Assembly (NCBI GenBank): GCA_038874215.1
Contig: JAVZCV010000001.1
Span: 2,738-66,737, forward strand
Direction: 5' to 3'
From: Candidatus Micrarchaeia archaeon
GTDB taxonomy: Archaea > Micrarchaeota > Micrarchaeia > Burarchaeales > JAVZCV01
Length of the DNA: 64,000 nucleotides
Positions 59,473 to 64,000 of this stretch are shown here, one piece after another. The notes beneath the pieces were generated by a model. The model saw nothing but the letters and a program-made list of their open reading frames with translations, was not told the DNA's origin and did no database searches. Position 1 is the first letter of the stretch. Every line of letters begins with the position of its first letter. The translations under genes were made by a program, and so were the position numbers.

Positions 59473-60555
59473 ATGCGGGAGCGCATAATACTCCACGTTG
59501 ATATGGACCAATTCTTCGCAGCTGTTGAAATGAGGGAGAACCCAGCGCTCGCAGGAAAACCAGTTGTCGTTGGGGCAGACCCGAAGGGAGGGAGGGGGCG
59601 GGGGGTTGTTTCAACATGTAATTATGAAGCGCGCAAATTCGGCATAAGGTCTGGGATGCCAATCTCAGAGGCATACCGCCTCTGCCCGAATTGTGTTTTC
59701 CTGCCCGTTAATGCGGAGTTGTATTGGAGGGTTTCTGGAGAAGTTATGGAAATTCTGAAGGAATATGCGGATAGGTTTGAGCAGATTTCGGTTGATGAGG
59801 CATGGCTTGACATAAGTTCGCGCGTTGGGAGTTTTGAAGAGGCGGAGGAGTATGCGAAAAGAATTCAGAGGGATGTTTTTGAGAAAACGAAGCTAACATG
59901 CTCCGTTGGGATAGGCCCGAATAAGCTCATAGCGAAAATGGCAAGTGGAATGAAGAAGCCTAACGGAATAACTGTTGTGCCGCCCGAGAAGGTGCATGAA
60001 TTCCTTTACCCTCTGCCGATTGACAACTTGTGGGGCGTCGGAAAAAAGACTGCAGAGATGTTTGAGAGGATGGGAATAAAAACGATAGGGGACCTTGCGA
60101 GATACGATGCGGCAAGGATTGTTGAGGAGTTTGGCGCATGGGGCGGTCAGCTGAAACTCTTCGCACAGGGAGTAGACAACAGTGAAGTTGGCGAAGAGTA
60201 TGAACGCAAATCGATAGGAAGGCATCATACTTTTGAGAGGGATACGAAAGATGAGAAGATGATAAAAGAAGCTGTGGATGAGATGTGCAAGGATATAATA
60301 GGGGAGGCGCTCGCAAACGGTATTCTTTTCAGCAACATAACCATCATGGTGCGGTTCAGCGACTTTGAAACACATACAAGCTCAAGGACGCTCAAGATAC
60401 CAACGAACGAATTGCAGGTTCTGAGGAAGAATGCGTGGGAGCTCTTTGCGCCTTATTTGAAAGATAGGCGATTAATAAGGCTCGTGGGCGTTCGTATTGC
60501 TAAACTTTTGCATGGAAAAGGGCAGAAGAGGCTTGGGGAATGGGTGTCGGATTAG
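59473..60555 (+). CDS. dinB: DNA polymerase IV (DinB/Dpo4)
   Basis: HVDMDQFFAAVE, NYEARKFG, SVDEAWLD, AKMAS..KKPNG. Confidence 0.97.
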   Translation: MRERIILHVDMDQFFAAVEMRENPALAGKPVVVGADPKGGRGRGVVSTCNYEARKFGIRSGMPISEAYRLCPNCVFLPVNAELYWRVSGEVMEILKEYADRFEQISVDEAWLDISSRVGSFEEAEEYAKRIQRDVFEKTKLTCSVGIGPNKLIAKMASGMKKPNGITVVPPEKVHEFLYPLPIDNLWGVGKKTAEMFERMGIKTIGDLARYDAARIVEEFGAWGGQLKLFAQGVDNSEVGEEYERKSIGRHHTFERDTKDEKMIKEAVDEMCKDIIGEALANGILFSNITIMVRFSDFETHTSSRTLKIPTNELQVLRKNAWELFAPYLKDRRLIRLVGVRIAKLLHGKGQKRLGEWVSD

Positions 60556-61205
60556 CTCTTCTTTTTACGAAGAGTTATGAGAATCGCAGCGGCGATGAGA
60601 AAGGCGGATGCAAGAACCACGACTGCAATGAGTAAAAGAGAGGGGGCGGGGGCAGTCTCGGGCGGTTTCTCTGCTGGTTGTGAGGCGCTTTCCTGCTGTT
60701 GCACTGTTTGCATACACTCTTTATCGGCAGGATGCTGAGAGCAGAAATCGCGCACAAGCGGTTTTAAGTCTGCCCGCAAAAGCTCTTCATCCGTCGTGTA
60801 GTTGTGAAGACTCACGGCAGATAGATTGGAGTAGAATGGGAAAACCAATGTGAGGTTTTCTTCGTCAACAAAAACGGCTTTGAAGCCTTCGGGATTCCCG
60901 AATTCGCTGCTTTCTTCATCGGCGGGTAGAGTTTCGTAGAAGCGTATTCTGGGGTCGCGAATCCCGTATGCATTTATTATTCCTCCATCGGAATGGATTT
61001 TAAGCCTGAAATCTTTCCACTCCACTATGTGCTGTGGCGCATAGCCATATACTATCTTCTCGCTCAATATTGTGAATGTGTCGTTTTTTATGTTGATGCG
61101 CACTATTACGGCTTTTGGCGATTCGCTTGCATTCGTGTCCGCATACGCTAAGCTCGTGCAAATCATTATTCCGAATATCACAAGTGCAGCTTTTGAGAAA
61201 TTCAT
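60552..61205 (-). CDS. Secreted/membrane-anchored protein, possible partner of the upstream peptidase
   Basis: Signal peptide, Pro/Gln-rich linker, C-terminal TM plus RKKK; 3 nt downstream of the peptidase stop. Confidence 0.7.
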   Translation of the reverse strand: MNFSKAALVIFGIMICTSLAYADTNASESPKAVIVRINIKNDTFTILSEKIVYGYAPQHIVEWKDFRLKIHSDGGIINAYGIRDPRIRFYETLPADEESSEFGNPEGFKAVFVDEENLTLVFPFYSNLSAVSLHNYTTDEELLRADLKPLVRDFCSQHPADKECMQTVQQQESASQPAEKPPETAPAPSLLLIAVVVLASAFLIAAAILITLRKKKS

Positions 61206-61208
61206 AAA

Positions 61209-64000
61209 CTACCTCCTTCCAGAAGCATATTCGCTAAAAACCCACCTCACGCGCCTTGCTCCGTACTCGTTGTACGGGCATACGCCATTTGGGTATGTAC
61301 CGCAATCGCACTTCATCACAAATCCCTTTGTCCAATGCATCCAGAAACCTCCACCGCAATTTTCTCTTCTTTTATTATCAAGATTCCATTCTCGTGTTCC
61401 GAGCCCAAAATAGACATTATCGTCTGTCCCAGCATCGCGCACGTCTTTCGTCTTAACAATAACCATGATGGTCTTCCACTCACCAGGCGTGGTGGAATTC
61501 GGAAAATCGGGAGCATACCAGTATTTGCCCCAATTGCTTGCTTCTTCCCCAAGCCCGTAGGGAATCTCAGGGACATAGTTAATGCTGTCGTAGAAGAGTA
61601 AACTATTTACGTATACGCGCAGCCTTTTGGGTCGCCAGTAGTCGTCCCCGCCAAGCCGCAGGCCTATCTTCTTTATCTCTCCTATTGTGATGTTGCCCGG
61701 CGTGAGGTCAAACGTATCAGTTGCGTTTTTCCTGAACTTAGTTCCATCATCCCTAAGCCGCCATTCCTGCGTGCCAATATCAAAGAAAACATCGGAACTT
61801 GTGTCGTCTTCTTTACCTCCGCCCGTAGTTGTTATAACACGAAGAGATGTTATCCGAACATTGTTTGTCACAGGATCTGGATAGTCGGGGGCTATCCACT
61901 TCTCGCCTGAATCACCAGATTTGCCGAGGGTTGGGAGGAGGGGAATTCTTCTTGAACTGTTGTATATAAGTCTTCCATTAACGTAAACGCGTATCCATTC
62001 TGGCTGCCAAACTTTGTCGCCTATGTCAGTCAACAGACCTATTTCCGTTATCTCGCCTTCTTTCAAACCACTTGGTTCAAGTTCAAAGGTGTCAATCTGG
62101 CCGTTTTTGAATTCGTCAACTCCATCAGAATCAAGCTCCCAGTCGCGTGTTCCAACAGTGAAATAAACGTGCCCGCTATCCAAATCGTTGTTCGTTGCTG
62201 TGAGAGTTTTCACCTCAACACGAAGAGATGTAACGGTTGCCCCGAGTGAGCGCGGGCTCGGATAGTTTGGTGCAACCCATCTCTTTCCCCATCTGTTCCC
62301 GTCATCGTCAAGCCATATCCCTATATCGGGTTTGTATCCCTGCGAGTCGTATATAAGGTTGTAATCGGCATACACTTTTATCCACTCAGGGCGCAGTCCA
62401 TCGCTTCCCTCCTTCCTAAGCGAGATGCTTTTTATTTCATTTTCGCGAATGTGTGTGAGGAGGTAGAAGCGGTCTTCTGCCCCGCGCTCAAAATCATTCT
62501 TGTCTCCGGGGCAGAACATCCAGCAGTTTTCAGCGTCCCATCCCTCGCGTCGCGAGTCGCTCTGGCAGTTTGATAGCGAGGAGTAGATGTTTGGGTATGG
62601 GTCTGGCTGCCAGTAGTGGGAATCGCAACAGTATTCGTCTGCAAGCCCGAAAAGCCCGTGCCCGCTCTCATGGACGAGCGTTCCGAGGCTACCAAATTCT
62701 GTTGAGAAAACGTTTCCGCTCGCATAATCCCTGCAACCCTCCCTATGGACAATAACGCCCCCATCAGCGTGTGGGCATACTTCGTTCCAGTCATCTGGGG
62801 CTCCCCAACTGCACTCGCCCTTGTCGTTTACGCTGAAAGAGGCGAATCGTGTGGTGTTGTAAACATAGAAGTTCATGTATCTCCTGCTTGCATTTATAGT
62901 CGGCTCTGCGAAGTAGCCGTTGTTTATCATGTTCTCGGCATCGGAGATAAAACCGCTCAGATTGCCAGAATACTCCCGTGTAGGTATAAAAACAACATCA
63001 ATCGCCCTATCAGGCGTGCTTCCTATGTAAAGCGGGATGCATTGCGGGCAGGCTGGGCATGGTCCTCCGCAGTCTACGCCAGTCTCGTTCTGGTTCTTTA
63101 TTCCGTCGTAGCATGTGGGGCATGGTTCGCATGGCCCTCCACAGTCTACGCCAGTCTCGTTCTGGTTCTTTATTCCGTCGTAGCACGTAGGCCGCATGCA
63201 CCTGCCTCCTTCGCATCTCCCTTCGCATCTGTACGTCTCATGCAGTACGGAGCATGAATAGGGAGTGCCAAAGCCCCTTCTAATCTCTATATAATATTCC
63301 GTGAGATCTCGGGGTGGCGAACCACTGCAGTAGTCATCAAAACGAAGATTGACGGTCCCTGCAACGGCGTAGTTTCTGCCGCCGTCGCTGTCAACGCATA
63401 TGCATGCACCTTCTCTACAACCATAATCGCAATGTATGGATGTGTTGGAAACCTGATTCTCTTCATCACAGTAGTATTCGTTCACGAAATCGTTGGTTAA
63501 ACAGTAATCGGTGAGACCTCCCGAAGCATGGCCCGCTTCAAATTGGTTCAGGCCCTCATCAGAGTCTATGCAGGCACAGTGATCGCCTCGCACGCGCATG
63601 CTTCCGTTCAGCGTGAGCATTTGGGGGGCTCTGACACACTGCGCACACTCGTATGTCCTGTTCCGCACGATATTGCCGTCGCAGTAAAATTCTGCTATCG
63701 CAGTTTCGTTAATACATGTATCAAAATACTGCAGAGGTAGCGTTATTGTGCGGTTTTCATAGTCTATTACAGTAGAACCATTTACGGCGAAACCTGATAG
63801 GAAAGGCTTTTCTCCTCTATCGCTGTCGTGGCATCCTTTCGGCACATCAAGGCCCGGAATGCCAAAACTTCCTTCTACAGTGGTGTCATGATATCTGTCA
63901 AGTACAACAGCTCCGATATCAACGGAGCGGGAGGGTGCAACCATATCATAGGAGCAAGGTGATGAGTAACAGCGCGCAACAGCATTGCTATCTATGAAGA
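61209..64000 (-). CDS. Large Cys-rich surface zinc metallopeptidase (M64-like) with PLAT-like repeats; 5' truncated
   Basis: Frame is open to the window end. C.DSD.G repeats, CYDGIKNQNETGVDCGGPC x2, IDVVFIP, HESGHGLFGLADEY; PLAT-like T.....GTD..VYF / F..G..D.F / W.PEWI.V. Confidence 0.8.
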   Translation of the reverse strand, partial: FIDSNAVARCYSSPCSYDMVAPSRSVDIGAVVLDRYHDTTVEGSFGIPGLDVPKGCHDSDRGEKPFLSGFAVNGSTVIDYENRTITLPLQYFDTCINETAIAEFYCDGNIVRNRTYECAQCVRAPQMLTLNGSMRVRGDHCACIDSDEGLNQFEAGHASGGLTDYCLTNDFVNEYYCDEENQVSNTSIHCDYGCREGACICVDSDGGRNYAVAGTVNLRFDDYCSGSPPRDLTEYYIEIRRGFGTPYSCSVLHETYRCEGRCEGGRCMRPTCYDGIKNQNETGVDCGGPCEPCPTCYDGIKNQNETGVDCGGPCPACPQCIPLYIGSTPDRAIDVVFIPTREYSGNLSGFISDAENMINNGYFAEPTINASRRYMNFYVYNTTRFASFSVNDKGECSWGAPDDWNEVCPHADGGVIVHREGCRDYASGNVFSTEFGSLGTLVHESGHGLFGLADEYCCDSHYWQPDPYPNIYSSLSNCQSDSRREGWDAENCWMFCPGDKNDFERGAEDRFYLLTHIRENEIKSISLRKEGSDGLRPEWIKVYADYNLIYDSQGYKPDIGIWLDDDGNRWGKRWVAPNYPSPRSLGATVTSLRVEVKTLTATNNDLDSGHVYFTVGTRDWELDSDGVDEFKNGQIDTFELEPSGLKEGEITEIGLLTDIGDKVWQPEWIRVYVNGRLIYNSSRRIPLLPTLGKSGDSGEKWIAPDYPDPVTNNVRITSLRVITTTGGGKEDDTSSDVFFDIGTQEWRLRDDGTKFRKNATDTFDLTPGNITIGEIKKIGLRLGGDDYWRPKRLRVYVNSLLFYDSINYVPEIPYGLGEEASNWGKYWYAPDFPNSTTPGEWKTIMVIVKTKDVRDAGTDDNVYFGLGTREWNLDNKRRENCGGGFWMHWTKGFVMKCDCGTYPNGVCPYNEYGARRVRWVFSEYASGRR
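63057..63188 (-). repeat. 72-bp near-identical coding repeat x2
   Basis: TCYDGIKNQNETGVDCGGPC encoded twice with only a few synonymous differences. Confidence 0.9.

Overview
Gene-dense archaeal chromosomal segment. Archaeal markers are TopoVI A/B, SMC, S8e, Cgi121, XPF, form III RuBisCO and tRNAs with BHB-type introns. By inference it is most likely a DPANN lineage such as Micrarchaeota, based on the class III signal-peptide pilin family, the Cys-rich surface proteins and a multi-intron tRNA. It carries housekeeping and replication genes, a DtxR-FeoB iron-uptake operon with a visible operator, and unexpectedly many biosynthetic genes (ilvD, leuC/D, lysC, cysE, thiD, nadE, a tandem HisB-like protein). 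No CRISPR array, rRNA or transposase was seen. The most unusual elements are: (1) a DUF350 gene followed by an exported protein with a Hint/BIL domain inserted between RAGGG and K-polyGly, ahead of two Tim44-like domains; (2) two pilin loci, each next to one of two paralogous, divergent PfkB-fold proteins with basic tails, one an apparent pseudokinase fused to HEAT repeats; (3) a tRNA-Asn with two introns (37/38 and 59/60) and a tRNA-Ala intron sharing an AAACTTT..AAAGTTT hairpin; (4) a wHTH gene bracketed by an operator-like palindrome and a ~150-nt highly structured region; (5) a Cys-rich M64-type metallopeptidase with a circularly permuted PLAT-repeat array. All family assignments come from motif recognition by eye; no database searches were run.
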